From positions 3,264,001 through 3,328,000 of the forward strand of contig OZ250173.1 in assembly GCA_965238075.1 (NCBI GenBank): a DNA stretch of 64,000 nucleotides, written 5' to 3'. Below the pieces are notes generated by a model. It was not told where the DNA came from. It saw only the letters and a list, made by a program, of their open reading frames with translations, and searched no databases. Positions 20,379 to 30,385 of the stretch are shown in pieces. This stretch comes from Candidatus Entotheonellaceae bacterium (GTDB taxonomy: Bacteria > Tectomicrobia > Entotheonellia > Entotheonellales > Entotheonellaceae). The first letter of the stretch is position 1; every line of letters starts with the position of its first letter. A program made the position numbers and the translations under genes.

Positions 20379-21518
20379 ATGCAAGAAAGACCGAACACGC
20401 GGATTACCGACGTGCGATTGATTCGTTTGCGGACGGAGCGCGAGGTGGGCGTCGTTGAGCCGGCGTGGGACCTGGGCGGTACCTGGCCGCTTCGCATCGG
20501 CGGCGGCTCGTACGTCGAGGTGCACACCGACGCCGGGCTGGTGGGCATCGGGCCCGGCTGCAGCGCCGCCCTGCTGCCCGCGGTGCGGGAGCAGATGGTG
20601 GGCCAGGATCCGTTCGACATTGAGTGGCATGACGCCGTCCTAGGCTACTACGCGGCGGGTCTGCCCTACGAGGGCACCGCCGGGGTGGACATCGCGCTGT
20701 GGGACGTGATCGGCAAGCTTTGCGGCCAGCCGCTGTACAAGCTCTGGGGCGGCGGGCGCGACCGGGTGGTGCCCTACGCCAGCCTGATGCGGCTTTCCGA
20801 CCCCGAGGAGCGGGCGCAGCAGGCGGCGGGCTTGCGACAGGCCGGTTGGCGGGGACTGAAGGTGCGGCTGCACCATGAAACGATGCAGGAAGACATCCGC
20901 ACCGTCGAGGCCGTGCGGGAGGCGGTGGGCGATGACATGGCGATCATGGTGGACGCCAACCAGGCGCAATCCGCCGGGGGCTGGCAGCCCGGCGTGCGCT
21001 GGGATTTTCGCCGTGCCGTCGAGACCGCCCGCGTCCTGCAAACCCTCCGCTGTACGTGGCTGGAAGAACCCCTGCCCCGCTTTGCTTTCGACCAGTTGGC
21101 GGAACTGAGGCGGCGCGTCGAGCTGCCGATTGCAGGCGGCGAGAACAACACCGGCCTGCACGAATTCCGGCACATGCTGCAACACGAGGTGTACGACATC
21201 CTGCAGCCCGAATGCCTCGTCCTCGAAGGCATCTCCACCGTCCGCAAGGTCGGCGTCCTGGCTGGCGCCTTCGGCAAGCAGGTCGTTCCCCACCACGGCG
21301 CCTGGGACCTCGGCCTCATCGCCCACCTGCATTTTGTCGCCTCCTGCCCCCACGCCCCCTATCTGGAAATCCTCCACGACCCGCCAATCGGCGACTACCG
21401 CCACGGCTTTGCCGTTTTGCAAGACCCACCGGCCGTCGGCCCGGACGGTTGCCTCGCCGTTCCTCAAGCCCCCGGTCTTGGCGTCGAGTTGCGGCAGGAC
21501 CTGATCGAGGCGCCGTAA
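20379..21518 (+). CDS. Mandelate racemase/muconate lactonizing enzyme (enolase superfamily)
   Basis: DIALWDVIGK, KVR, IMVDANQ, WLEEP, AGGEN, VVPH. Confidence 0.9.
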   Translation: MQERPNTRITDVRLIRLRTEREVGVVEPAWDLGGTWPLRIGGGSYVEVHTDAGLVGIGPGCSAALLPAVREQMVGQDPFDIEWHDAVLGYYAAGLPYEGTAGVDIALWDVIGKLCGQPLYKLWGGGRDRVVPYASLMRLSDPEERAQQAAGLRQAGWRGLKVRLHHETMQEDIRTVEAVREAVGDDMAIMVDANQAQSAGGWQPGVRWDFRRAVETARVLQTLRCTWLEEPLPRFAFDQLAELRRRVELPIAGGENNTGLHEFRHMLQHEVYDILQPECLVLEGISTVRKVGVLAGAFGKQVVPHHGAWDLGLIAHLHFVASCPHAPYLEILHDPPIGDYRHGFAVLQDPPAVGPDGCLAVPQAPGLGVELRQDLIEAP

Positions 21519-21689
21519 GTCGAAATTCAAGCACCCGCCTGCGTCAGATTTCACAGAACCCAAACGGTTCACAAACAAAGACTTACCAACACCTCAGTAG
21601 GTGGAGTACAAGTAGGTTTCCCTGCGCCCCGGTTCTCTCGGAGGGGAGACGCAGTTCCCCCGTCTGAATGCCATCCCGCCATTCGAGTA

Positions 21690-22068
21690 TCAGTTCTGTG
21701 CGTGGCCGGCTTGGGCGAATTCGGGTATCTGACCCTGGTCTCGGGAACTCTATATAACGGCCTCGGCCCCACTCTCGCCAACACGCTGGTCGGCGTGCTA
21801 TCGGCCATTGTGGACAATGTACCGGTGATGTATGCGGTGCTGAGCATGGATCCTGATATGTCACTAGGCCAGTGGCAACTCGTCACGCTGACCGCGGGCA
21901 CGGGCGGCAGCCTGCTGGCCATCGGCTCCGCCGCCGGGGTTGCGTTGTTGGGGACTGTGCGCGGGGCTTCTATACCTTTGGCGGGCACCTCAAATGGACG
22001 CCGGTGATTGCCCTGGGATACCTGCTGAGCATCCTCATCCATCTGTGGCTGAACGCCGGGGTGATGTG
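21690..22068 (+). pseudogene. nhaD: C-terminal fragment of an NhaD-type Na+/H+ antiporter, frameshifted
   Basis: ANTLVGVLSAIVDNVPVMYAVL, LVTLTAGTGGSLLAIGSAAGVAL, then YTFGGHLKWTPVIALGY in another frame; no N-terminus. Confidence 0.8.
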
Positions 22069-22126
22069 AGGCGAGCGACGTTGCCACAACGCCGCCATTG
22101 CGCAGACGTTGCGCTGGTGGACATGG

Positions 22127-22160
22127 AAAAAGGCCGCCTCGGAATGCCCGGAGCGGCCTT
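22127..22160 (-). terminator. Intrinsic terminator downstream of the TA pair
   Basis: AAAAAGGCCGC...GCGGCCTT hairpin; the A-tract reads as a U-tract on the minus strand. Confidence 0.6.
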
Positions 22161-22193
22161 GGTGCCTTGCTTCGCACGATGTGTGACGGGAAT

Positions 22194-22460
22194 TCAGTTC
22201 ATTCTCCTGCGATAAGCCTGCCGCCTGTGGGCGACACGAACGACCAGCACGATGAGCGCGTCCTCCTGTACTTCCTAAAGCACGCGATAATCGCTGACGC
22301 GAAGCCGTCGTAGGCCCTGCAACTCTCCCTGCAATGCACTGCCCAGGAAAGGGTTCTCCGACAGCCGGTCGATGGCCCCGACAAGCCGTATGCGGTCCGC
22401 CTTCGCAATGTGTCCCAGTTCCTTGGCTGCCCTGCCCTTAATGCGCATCGAAAAGCTCAC
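22194..22460 (-). pseudogene. RelE/ParE toxin with an internal TAG (22275-22277)
   Basis: ...LRRLRVSDYRVL*EVQEDALIVLVVRVAHRRQAYR; the frame continues past the stop with a typical RelE C-terminus. Confidence 0.85.
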
Positions 22461-22659
22461 GTTTGATTTGTTCCCAATCCAGTACGGGATCGCTGGGGTC
22501 CTGGAGCCGCTCTATGGCAATCGAGAAATCGTCGAAATCCTCTAGGTAACGCTCGACCGCTTGACGAACGATCTCAGCCCGGCTGCGTTTGAGTCGGCTC
22601 GCGACCGTGTCCAGCGCGTCGACAACGGTATCGGGTAACCGTGCAGTAATCTGACCCAT
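22438..22659 (-). CDS. Ribbon-helix-helix antitoxin
   Basis: ITARLPD...KRSRAEIVRQAVERYLED; overlaps the toxin start. Confidence 0.85.
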   Translation of the reverse strand: MGQITARLPDTVVDALDTVASRLKRSRAEIVRQAVERYLEDFDDFSIAIERLQDPSDPVLDWEQIKRELFDAH

Positions 22660-23004
22660 GAGGCATCCTGAAGTCTTACGAAGTAAATTTCACCATCATA
22701 CCTCCACTTCGCTGACCGGGGCAATCCAGCCGTCGTCGCCTCGACCCGTTCATCAATTCGTAATCACCCAAAGCCTACAACCACCCTGCCTATTTATGTT
22801 CAGTAAACCAGAATTGCATCGGCGCATATTCTGACCGTCTGACTGTCACAGGGGATTCTGCTCCGTCGCCCCCACCCTCTCCGCATGTTGACTGCGTGGC
22901 AGGCCACAACTACGATACCGCGGCTTTGTACTTGGCCAAATGACGCAGCAGGCGCACGGAACGACGTGCGGCGAGGCGACGGAGACATCGTAAGGAGCAA
23001 ATTC

Positions 23005-24084
23005 ATGCAGCGACGCACGTTGATTCGAAATTTGAGTTTAGGGGCCGCGGGGGTGGTGCTGGCGGCGCCGGCGGTGCAGGCGCAGAAGAAATATCGCTGG
23101 CGGATGGCGACGAGCTGGACGCCGGCTCTGGACGTGCTGCAAGGCAATGCGGTGCGTTTCGCCAAGGTCGTGGACGAAATGAGCGAGGGGCGGCTTAAGA
23201 TTCAGGTATACGCGGCGGGCGAATTGATCCCGGCGTTCGGCGTCTTCGATGCGGTTCTGCAGGGCACGCTGCAGATGTTCAACGCCGCGGCGTATTACTG
23301 GGCCGGCAAAGAGCCGGCCACGCAGTGGTTCACGGCGATGCCGTTCGGCCTCAATCCGCGCGGCATGTATGCTTGGTACTACCAAGGCGGCGGGCTCAAG
23401 CTGTGGGAGGAAACCTACGCGGCGTTCGACCTGATTCCGCGTCCGGGGGGCACCACGGGCAACCAGATGGGCGGCTGGTTCAAAAATAAGCTGGAATCAA
23501 TGGCCGATCTCCAGGGCCTGAAGTTCCGCATTCCCGGCCTGGGCGGCAAGGTGTACGCCGAGGCGGGCACCACGGTGGTGCTGACACCGGGCGGCGAAAT
23601 TTTCCCGGCCCTCGAACGCGGCGTCATCGACGGCTCGGAATGGGTGGGGCCGCACGACGACATGAAGCTCGGCCTGCACAACGCCGCGAATTACTACTAC
23701 TACCCAGGCTGGCACGAGCCCGGCACCACTGGCGAGTTCACCTTCAACCGTAAGGCCTATGAGGAGTTGCCCTCGGACCTGAGGGCGATTCTCGATTACG
23801 CAACGAGCTATTGCGGCGAGCAGATGCTGGCCGAATACGAGGCGAAGAACATCGTCGCCCTCAACACCCTGAGAACCAAGTACCAGGGGCAGGTCGAAAT
23901 CCTGCCGTTCCCCGCCGATGTGATGGACAACCTGCGCACCTTGGCGCGCGACGTGCTGGCCGAGGAGGCCAACAGGAGCCCCATGGCCAAGAAGGTGCAC
24001 GAGTCGTTCACCAAGTTCCAGGCGCAAATCAGCCCGTGGGCGGAAATGACGGACGGCGCGTATCACCGGCTCGTGAGGGGGTAG
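23005..24084 (+). CDS. dctP: TRAP transporter substrate-binding protein (TakP-like)
   Basis: Tat-like MQRRTLI, WRMATSW, YYWAGK, TGNQMGGWF, EWVGPHDD, YYPGWHEPG. Confidence 0.92.
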   Translation: MQRRTLIRNLSLGAAGVVLAAPAVQAQKKYRWRMATSWTPALDVLQGNAVRFAKVVDEMSEGRLKIQVYAAGELIPAFGVFDAVLQGTLQMFNAAAYYWAGKEPATQWFTAMPFGLNPRGMYAWYYQGGGLKLWEETYAAFDLIPRPGGTTGNQMGGWFKNKLESMADLQGLKFRIPGLGGKVYAEAGTTVVLTPGGEIFPALERGVIDGSEWVGPHDDMKLGLHNAANYYYYPGWHEPGTTGEFTFNRKAYEELPSDLRAILDYATSYCGEQMLAEYEAKNIVALNTLRTKYQGQVEILPFPADVMDNLRTLARDVLAEEANRSPMAKKVHESFTKFQAQISPWAEMTDGAYHRLVRG

Positions 24085-24277
24085 GGGCGCAGGCAACATG
24101 ACCATCGAACGGCGGACCGCCAGAGCGGCAGCGCCGCGGAAGCAGGAGTATCAATAGGAATCGGACAACTTGGACCGTAAGGCCCCGGTGGCGCCCCACG
24201 CAATCTGTGACTTGGTTATTGAGGTGTTCCAGGCCGAACCATCGCGCGGATTCGGACGCGATGGAGAGGAGGGTTAC

Positions 24278-24526
24278 GTGGTCTGGAAGGCAATCGGCAA
24301 CATCGCCGCCTTGGTGGGTGTGCTGGTGGCGATGGTCATGATGTTCAATCAGGTTGACGGGCGACTGGACTGCATGCAGACAGAGACAAACCCCCTCTTT
24401 GACCGCATGCAGACAGATACCAACGCCCGCTTTGATGCGGTGCTTGAGGCGATTATGAGCTTCGACCGCCGGGTCTCGCGCATCGAACGGCGTTTCGATG
24501 CCCATAGCACCGGGGCCGCCGAGTAG
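24278..24526 (+). CDS. Small TM + coiled-coil protein of the repeated leader (copy 1)
   Basis: GTG start after GGAGG; hydrophobic N-terminus, then heptad-like RLD/RMQ/RFD repeats; paralog at 33693-33917. Confidence 0.65.
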   Translation: MVWKAIGNIAALVGVLVAMVMMFNQVDGRLDCMQTETNPLFDRMQTDTNARFDAVLEAIMSFDRRVSRIERRFDAHSTGAAE

Positions 24527-24766
24527 GCATGCGGTCCCGCTGGCGGATTGGCGACCGCGGCTCGCGGCCGCTTAGAACTCCCCAACTGGCTGCCAAAAGA
24601 GGGCTGATGATACGGTTGACGTCCCACCGATTGCGGGCGAAATCGCCCCTTTCGCAACTTCCGGTGGGGCGTTCTGGAGTTCTCCGCGGCAAAATGGCGT
24701 AAGTCCAGCATCCACGCGGGTTTCCGGTGATGCTAAAGTTTACACATAGAGACTTATCAGAAGTTG
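24311..24766 (+). repeat. Leader/platform repeat, copy 1
   Basis: Aligns by eye with 33693-34158; the last ~300 bp are near-identical and similarity ends at the dif-like site. Confidence 0.92.
24737..24764 (-). other. dif/Xer-like site 1 (leader-proximal)
   Basis: Minus strand ACTTCTGATAA-GTCTCT-ATGTGTAAACT. Confidence 0.75.
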
Positions 24767-24780
24767 AAGGGAGAAATCTC

Positions 24781-25071
24781 ATGAGTGTATTCGCGCATCT
24801 GGTCACTTCTATGGGGTGGGGTGAACCTGAGGCGACGCAGGCCTTGGCTTATATCCTCCGCCAACAACCCGGCATTCTTCGGGCGTTCGTCAGCTTGCTC
24901 GGCGCGGCAGGCGTCACATTCAACCCCGGACGCATTGAGTTTGATGATAATGAGGTGTATTTGCCGGGCAACGACAAATACCTCCCCATCCGCCTCAAAC
25001 CTGGTGTTGAGCGAGAGAGGGTAGTTGAGGACGCGGTTGAGCAGATCCGCGCTGCTGTGTTCGGAGGTTGA
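24781..25071 (+). CDS. Cassette ORF, hypothetical protein (possibly internally deleted)
   Basis: RBS GAAGGGAG just after site 1; the TGA stop lies inside site 2. Confidence 0.55.
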   Translation: MSVFAHLVTSMGWGEPEATQALAYILRQQPGILRAFVSLLGAAGVTFNPGRIEFDDNEVYLPGNDKYLPIRLKPGVERERVVEDAVEQIRAAVFGG

Positions 25072-25094
25072 CATAAGACGGGATTATCCGAAGT
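25066..25094 (-). other. dif/Xer-like site 2
   Basis: Minus strand ACTTCGGATAA-TCCCGTC-TTATGTCAACC. Confidence 0.8.
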
Positions 25095-25222
25095 TGAGCG
25101 GGTATGACCTGCGCGGGGAACCAGCTCCTTTTTTTCCGGTTGACTTGCCGATTGAACATAGAAGATATTGGCCGCCGCTCAGGCACTTCGTCCTTGAATC
25201 ATCAAACGAAAGGGGGTCCGTT

Positions 25223-25398
25223 ATGCGCTGGATCGTGGTTTTGACGGTGCTCGCGGCGGGGCCACGATTGCCGAAGCACAGGCATTTCAAGGAATTGTGA
25301 TGGATGATGGCAATCGAAGCGTGACGTTCTCCAACTCGATGCTGGAGATCGGCTCCGATACGCTGAACAATCTCAGAGTCTGGCCCAAAATAAGTTGA
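25223..25398 (+). pseudogene. Remnant of a secreted-protein cassette gene
   Basis: RBS AGGGGG; MRWIVVLTVLAAG, then a frameshift to ATIAEAQAFQGIVMDDG...; truncated. Confidence 0.35.
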
Positions 25399-25620
25399 GC
25401 GATTTCGGTAGGTTGTGATTCGCTGGCATGACCAAGCCGCCACTGGCGAATCCCAAAGGACATCGGGACGACCGTTAATACCGCCCAAACGTGGCTCCTT
25501 CATCACCAGCGCAGATCTTCTCGTCTTTGGATTGGTAGAGCTATGAAAAACAATGCCTTATTTCGGGACGAACTCTTAACAAGGTTATATTTACGGACAC
25601 TACACTCTAGGGGTTGACCG

Positions 25621-26550
25621 ATGCGCGAGAGGATGATAACGGATGAGATCCGCATGAGCGACGGCGCACCCATTATCCTGCGGAGGCTCGGGAACCCCAA
25701 GGGCTTGCGGCTTGTGGTCAGTCACGGCAACGGCTTGGCGGTCGACGCCTATGAGTCGTTCTGGAGGCTGCTCTCGGACCGGTTCGATCTGATCCTCTAC
25801 GACGTCAGGAACCACGGGCGGAATCCGGTGGGAGATCTCGCCGCGCACAACATGGCCCAACTGATCGACGACACCGTGACTGTCGCGCAGGCCATCGACC
25901 GGACGTTTGGCCGACGGCCGCGGGTCGGTGTCTTCCACTCGTTGGCCGCTCTCCTGTGCCTGTTGCCGGGCGCGGAAGCGCACGGCTATGCGGGCCTGGT
26001 GCTGTTCGATCCGCCGGTGGCGCCGGATGCGGACTCGGCGAGCCGCCTGCTGAAGATGAGGCGGAAGCGGGTCGAGCAGGCGCGGCAGCGGCAGGCGGAC
26101 TTCGACACGTGGGAGGATCTGGCGGACGTCTACCGGAGCGCCGCGCCGTTTCGCTTGCTGCCGCCGAGAGCCGTCGAGCGGCTCGCGCAGGCAACGCTCC
26201 GGCCGCGCGGGCCGACGGGCTTCACGCTCTGTTGTCCGCCTGCGTTCGAAGCCAAAATATACGAGGAGAGCATCGCTTGGTCAACGCGCGTTGACTTCGA
26301 CCGTATCCGGTGTCCCGTAAGGGTAATCGGCAGCGATCCGGTGCTCCCCTTCTCGTTCCTTCCAAGCGTCGATCTGAACGAGATCGTGAAGCTGGACTAC
26401 GATTTCCTGCCCGATGCAACGCACTTCCTGCAACTCGAGAAGCCCGGGGAGTGTGCGCTGTTGGTGCGGGACTTCCTCGACACCCTGGAGAGCGACCGAT
26501 GCAGGGGCGCAACAGCGGACCTGGCCGGCGGCGGGCCGGAGACATCGTGA
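25621..26550 (+). CDS. Alpha/beta hydrolase
   Basis: SHGNGL, YDVRNHGRN, nucleophile elbow GVFHSLAA, THFLQLEKP. Confidence 0.85.
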   Translation: MRERMITDEIRMSDGAPIILRRLGNPKGLRLVVSHGNGLAVDAYESFWRLLSDRFDLILYDVRNHGRNPVGDLAAHNMAQLIDDTVTVAQAIDRTFGRRPRVGVFHSLAALLCLLPGAEAHGYAGLVLFDPPVAPDADSASRLLKMRRKRVEQARQRQADFDTWEDLADVYRSAAPFRLLPPRAVERLAQATLRPRGPTGFTLCCPPAFEAKIYEESIAWSTRVDFDRIRCPVRVIGSDPVLPFSFLPSVDLNEIVKLDYDFLPDATHFLQLEKPGECALLVRDFLDTLESDRCRGATADLAGGGPETS

Positions 26551-26680
26551 ACCGGACTCGCCTTGGGGCCTTCCATCGGGGAACCTTCAGGCAGCAGACC
26601 TGCGACCTGCGGCCTGTCGGTGGTAAGCCGAACCGCCGGTCACCTGCCACGGGGCCGGAAGTGCTGTGAGGTGGATTCGC

Positions 26681-27729
26681 ATGCGGACACCGCCGGAACG
26701 TGAACGAGGGGAACCTCAGGTGTCGTTGGCGTTCTCACAGATGATCATGGGGGCTTGGGTGCCCCAGGTCATCTATACCGCAGTCTCGCTCGGGGTCTTC
26801 TAGAACCTCCACGCCGGGCCGCGTTCCGGCGCCGAGATAGCAAACGAGATTGGTGTTCCGCTCGCGACCACGAATCGGCTGCTGCGCGCCCTCGTTTGCC
26901 TCGAATTGTGCAGCGCGTCCGAGTCCGACACCTTCGCACTCATGCCGGGGGGACGATTACTTTGCGCGGAGACGCCGGGCTCGATGCGCTCGCTGGCGCT
27001 GCTCCGGGGCCGAGGGAGCGTCTGGTCGGCGTGGGGCAGGCTGCTGGACGTTGTTCGCACGGGGAAAACGGCTCCGGAGCTGGTCGCCGGGAAAGGCATC
27101 TACGAGTGGCTGGCCGACGATCCGGCCGGTTTCAATGTCTTCAACCAGGCGATGACGGAGCTGAGCATCGCCCAGGCGTAGGCGGTCCCGATGCCTTTGA
27201 CTTTTCGGATGCCCACGTCATCGTGGATGTCGGTGGGGGCTACGGTGCGCTCCTCATGGCGATACTCATGAGGTACGGCGACGCCAGCGGCGTCGTCTTC
27301 GATCGCTCCACGTGCCGTGAGGGATCGGAACGGTTGATCGCGCAGACCGGACTGTCGGATCGCTGCAGGTTCGTCGGTGGCGACTTCTTCAAGTCGGTGC
27401 CCGTGGGGGGCGACATATACCTGCTCAAGAACGTGATCCACAATTGGGACGACGATTGGAGCATGACCATCCTGCGAACCTGCCGCACGGCCATGAGCGG
27501 AGATTCACGCCTGCTGCTGATTGAGCCGATCGTGCCCGAACAGATCACCGCGTCGCTCGCCGACACTGTAGTGGTCGCATTCGATTTGCATATGCTGCTG
27601 TTGACCGGCGGTTGCGAACGCACCGAAGAGCAGCATCGGTCGCTGTTGCAGGCAGCCGGGTTCGACGTGATGCGCATCGTGCCGACATCGTCGGCGCTCA
27701 ACCTGATCGAGGCGCGCCAGACGGCTTGA
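26681..27729 (+). pseudogene. SAM-dependent O-methyltransferase (dimerisation + methyltransferase domains), disrupted
   Basis: In-frame TAG at 26801 and a frameshift near 27180; VDVGGGYG, GGDFFKSVP, LLKNVIHNWDD, GGCERTEEQ. Confidence 0.85.
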
Positions 27730-27732
27730 CTC

Positions 27733-27913
27733 GGCATTGTCGAACAAGAGCCATTGTGAAGGATGTGTTGAAACTTTCAAATGGTGGCAAGAGTGCGATG
27801 GGTCGAGTCGACCGGGTTCCATCTCATGCAGCCACCTCGAACAGCTTGTTGATGAACTGAATCTGTTGCCGAAGATCCGAACCGCTCACCCACCGCGCTT
27901 GCCCCTTCCGGAT
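27733..27913 (-). mobile_element. IS6-family right-end remnant
   Basis: Minus strand IRKGQARWVSGSDLRQQIQFINKLFEVAA* resembles IS6 transposase C-termini; the end GGCATTGTCGAACAA resembles IS6 IRs. Confidence 0.6.
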
Positions 27914-28165
27914 CTGGCGGCGGCCCTGGGCCTGAACGGCCTCGGGGGCTTCGGAGGCTTCGCGGGCGGCGGCGGGGACGCGCCGATGGGCGGCACGGAG
28001 TTCCTGTTCGCGTGGGGCGGGGCTGGCAGTTCTGGGGCCAGGGCGACATCCAGACGTTCGCGGGCGAGCCGGCGGTCGAGCGGCGCTACGAGGGCGGCAT
28101 GCGCCTCGAAACCGAGCTGACGGCCATGCATCCCTACCTGGGCTGGTCGAACGGGGCCACGTCGG

Positions 28166-28269
28166 TGTGGACGAAGTCGGCGGCGCAGATCCTCGAGAAG
28201 GTGGACCGAGCCCGGAAGGCCCTCGCCGCCGTCTCCCGCATAGGAGGCTGTGTTCGGACACTACACTAG
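28166..28269 (+). mobile_element. IS630-family transposase C-terminus and right end
   Basis: WTKSAAQILEKVDRARKAL...LH*, ending in GGACACTACACTAG (TA-terminated). Confidence 0.7.
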
Positions 28270-28334
28270 ATATCATGCTAGGATGGACTCGACATGCGGC
28301 GACCGTCAAGTTCGCCGCCAGGGGGAATGATGAC

Positions 28335-28622
28335 ATGGCAGCCTACGTGATCATGGATATCGAGGTAACCGACCCTACCAGCTACCGTGGTTTTCTGGAG
28401 CAGGCGGCGGCAACGGTTGCAGCGCACGGCGGCAAGTATCTCGTGCGCGCCGGCGCCACGACAGTCCTGCAGGGCAACTGGCAACCTCATCGCCTCGTGG
28501 TGGTGGAGTTCGACAGCGCCGAGCAGGCGAGACAATGGAGAAACTCGCCGGACGCCACTCACGCCAGAGAGATGCTCAACAGGTCGTCCAACACGAACAT
28601 GATAATTGTCGAGGGCGATTAA
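28335..28622 (+). CDS. DUF1330-family protein
   Basis: MAAYVI, HGGKYLVRAG, RLVVVEFDSAEQARQW, IIVEG. Confidence 0.88.
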   Translation: MAAYVIMDIEVTDPTSYRGFLEQAAATVAAHGGKYLVRAGATTVLQGNWQPHRLVVVEFDSAEQARQWRNSPDATHAREMLNRSSNTNMIIVEGD

Positions 28623-28777
28623 CGCCGCGCTACGGTGGGCGGACCGGTTGTGGTGCAACTTTGGCCGACGGCGGCTGGTAACCGGAAGAGATCATGAAAA
28701 AAGACAATCCGACTGGCGATCTTCAAGTGGCGACAGACGCGGCCGCGGGTGCTGCCGCTGGTAATCAGGTGAATGCG

Positions 28778-30043
28778 ATGAGCCGCGCTCAGCGCTACGA
28801 CTGCGCGGTCATCGGCGGCGGGCCCGCGGGCGCGACGGCGGCGACGGTGTTGGCACAGCACGGCCGGCGCGTGGTGGTCATCGAGCGCGAGCGCTTTCCG
28901 CGCCACCACGTCGGCGAATCGCTGATGCCGTACACTTGGTTTACGTTCGAGCGGCTCGGCGTGCTCGACTGGTTCACGGAAGCCGCCTGTCCTCAGAAAT
29001 ACAGCGTGCAATTCGTCCCGACCTCCGGCAAGGTGTCGCAGCCATTCTATTTCTTCGAGACCATCAAGCACCCTTGCGCCACCACCTGGCAGGTGCTTCG
29101 CAGCGACTTCGACCGGATGCTGCTCGACAACGCGCGCGCCAAGGGCGTCGAGGTGCGCCAGGGGGCGGTGGTCCGCGAGGTGCTCATGGAAGGCCAGCGC
29201 GCCGTCGGTGTCCGGGCTGACCTAACCGGGGGCGGATCCGAGACGTTCTCGGCCGACGCGGTGATCGACGCGTCCGGACGCAACTCGTTCCTGGCCTCCA
29301 GGCTCGGCATGAAGCGGCGCGACCCCGACCTGAACAAGATCGCCATATTCACCTACTACCGCGGCGCCCGGCGCGACCCAGGGCTCGACGCGGGAGCCAC
29401 CACCGTCGCCTACATCCCGCACAAGGGCTGGTTCTGGTACATCCCGCTGCCGGACGACATCGTCAGCGTCGGCGTCGTGGCCGAGAAGGACTATCTCTAC
29501 CGCGACACGCGCGACCCCGAGGACATCTTCGCACGCGAGGCGGCGGCGTGCATCTGGATCGAGGACCACCTGCGGCCGGGAACGCGCGTCGAGCCGGTGC
29601 GCGTCACCGGCGAGTTCAGCTACCGGGCCGAGGCTATCGGGGGGGACGGCTTCTGTCTGGCGGGCGACGCGTTCTCGTTCCTCGACCCGGTCTTCTCGAC
29701 CGGCCTGTTCATGGCGCTCAAGAGCGGGGAGATGGCGGCGGACGCCGTCCACCAGGGTCTCGACAGCGGCGGGGTTACCGCCGCGACGTTCGAGGAGTAC
29801 GGGCGCCAGATGCGCTGGGCGCTCGACCAGTTCCGGCAGCTCGTGCTGTCGTTCTACAATGAGCGGTTCAGCTTCCGCGAGTTCATCCGCGCCTACCCGG
29901 ACATGCACCCGCGGCTGGTCGACGCGCTGGTCGGCAACGTTTTCTCCGATCTCGGTCCGCTGATCGACGCGCTCCGCGACTTCTTGGCGCGGGAGCCATC
30001 GACCGGCGCCTCGGCGATCGACCCGCCGGCTGTCAGCGCCTAG
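28778..30043 (+). CDS. Flavin-dependent halogenase-family protein
   Basis: GGGPAG, FPRHHVGESL, conserved Lys in CPQKYS, WxWxIP (GWFWYIP), GDAFSFLDPVFSTG; start may be 28694. Confidence 0.85.
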   Translation: MSRAQRYDCAVIGGGPAGATAATVLAQHGRRVVVIERERFPRHHVGESLMPYTWFTFERLGVLDWFTEAACPQKYSVQFVPTSGKVSQPFYFFETIKHPCATTWQVLRSDFDRMLLDNARAKGVEVRQGAVVREVLMEGQRAVGVRADLTGGGSETFSADAVIDASGRNSFLASRLGMKRRDPDLNKIAIFTYYRGARRDPGLDAGATTVAYIPHKGWFWYIPLPDDIVSVGVVAEKDYLYRDTRDPEDIFAREAAACIWIEDHLRPGTRVEPVRVTGEFSYRAEAIGGDGFCLAGDAFSFLDPVFSTGLFMALKSGEMAADAVHQGLDSGGVTAATFEEYGRQMRWALDQFRQLVLSFYNERFSFREFIRAYPDMHPRLVDALVGNVFSDLGPLIDALRDFLAREPSTGASAIDPPAVSA

Positions 30044-30385
30044 CAGCCCGTGGAAGAAACGGGTCTCCAGAGCGTCAGGTGGCGGAAGGGGGCCAGCACC
30101 CAGGCGGCGGTGAGTTTGTGCCGACGGCGGGTTTTGCAGCTTGAAGACCCGGCGATCGGGCTGAAAAGGCCAATATGACGGCGAAAGTGGCGAAGAATGT
30201 GCAGAAAACGGTGCTGACATGACCCGCGAGCGCCGCTTGCGCCGCGGCGAGCCCCTGCAGAGCCCGCGGGGTGCCAAAACGTGCGTGCGGCGGCAGCCCG
30301 GCCAACCGCTGGCCGCGGTCGGCAGCCCGCCGGAAATCGTCCGACGCCTACGCGCCGCGAACGACGGCTCCGGGACGGACGCTCC

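Noticed and set aside
21600-21670. Group II intron domain V/VI-like remnant (CCGGTTCTCTCGGAGGGGAGACGCAG)
   Set aside because: The 5' half of domain V with the catalytic triad is not recognisable and there is no RT ORF.
24604-24650. Hammerhead ribozyme (CTGATGA...GAAA) or fluoride riboswitch in the leader
   Set aside because: Stem II closing pair, stem III and the cleavage triplet do not fit; the 5' motif of the fluoride riboswitch is absent.
25380-25606. Decayed IS630 transposase on the minus strand
   Set aside because: Only a faint DE..FG-like resemblance with stops; not supportable without a search, apart from the terminal motif reported above.
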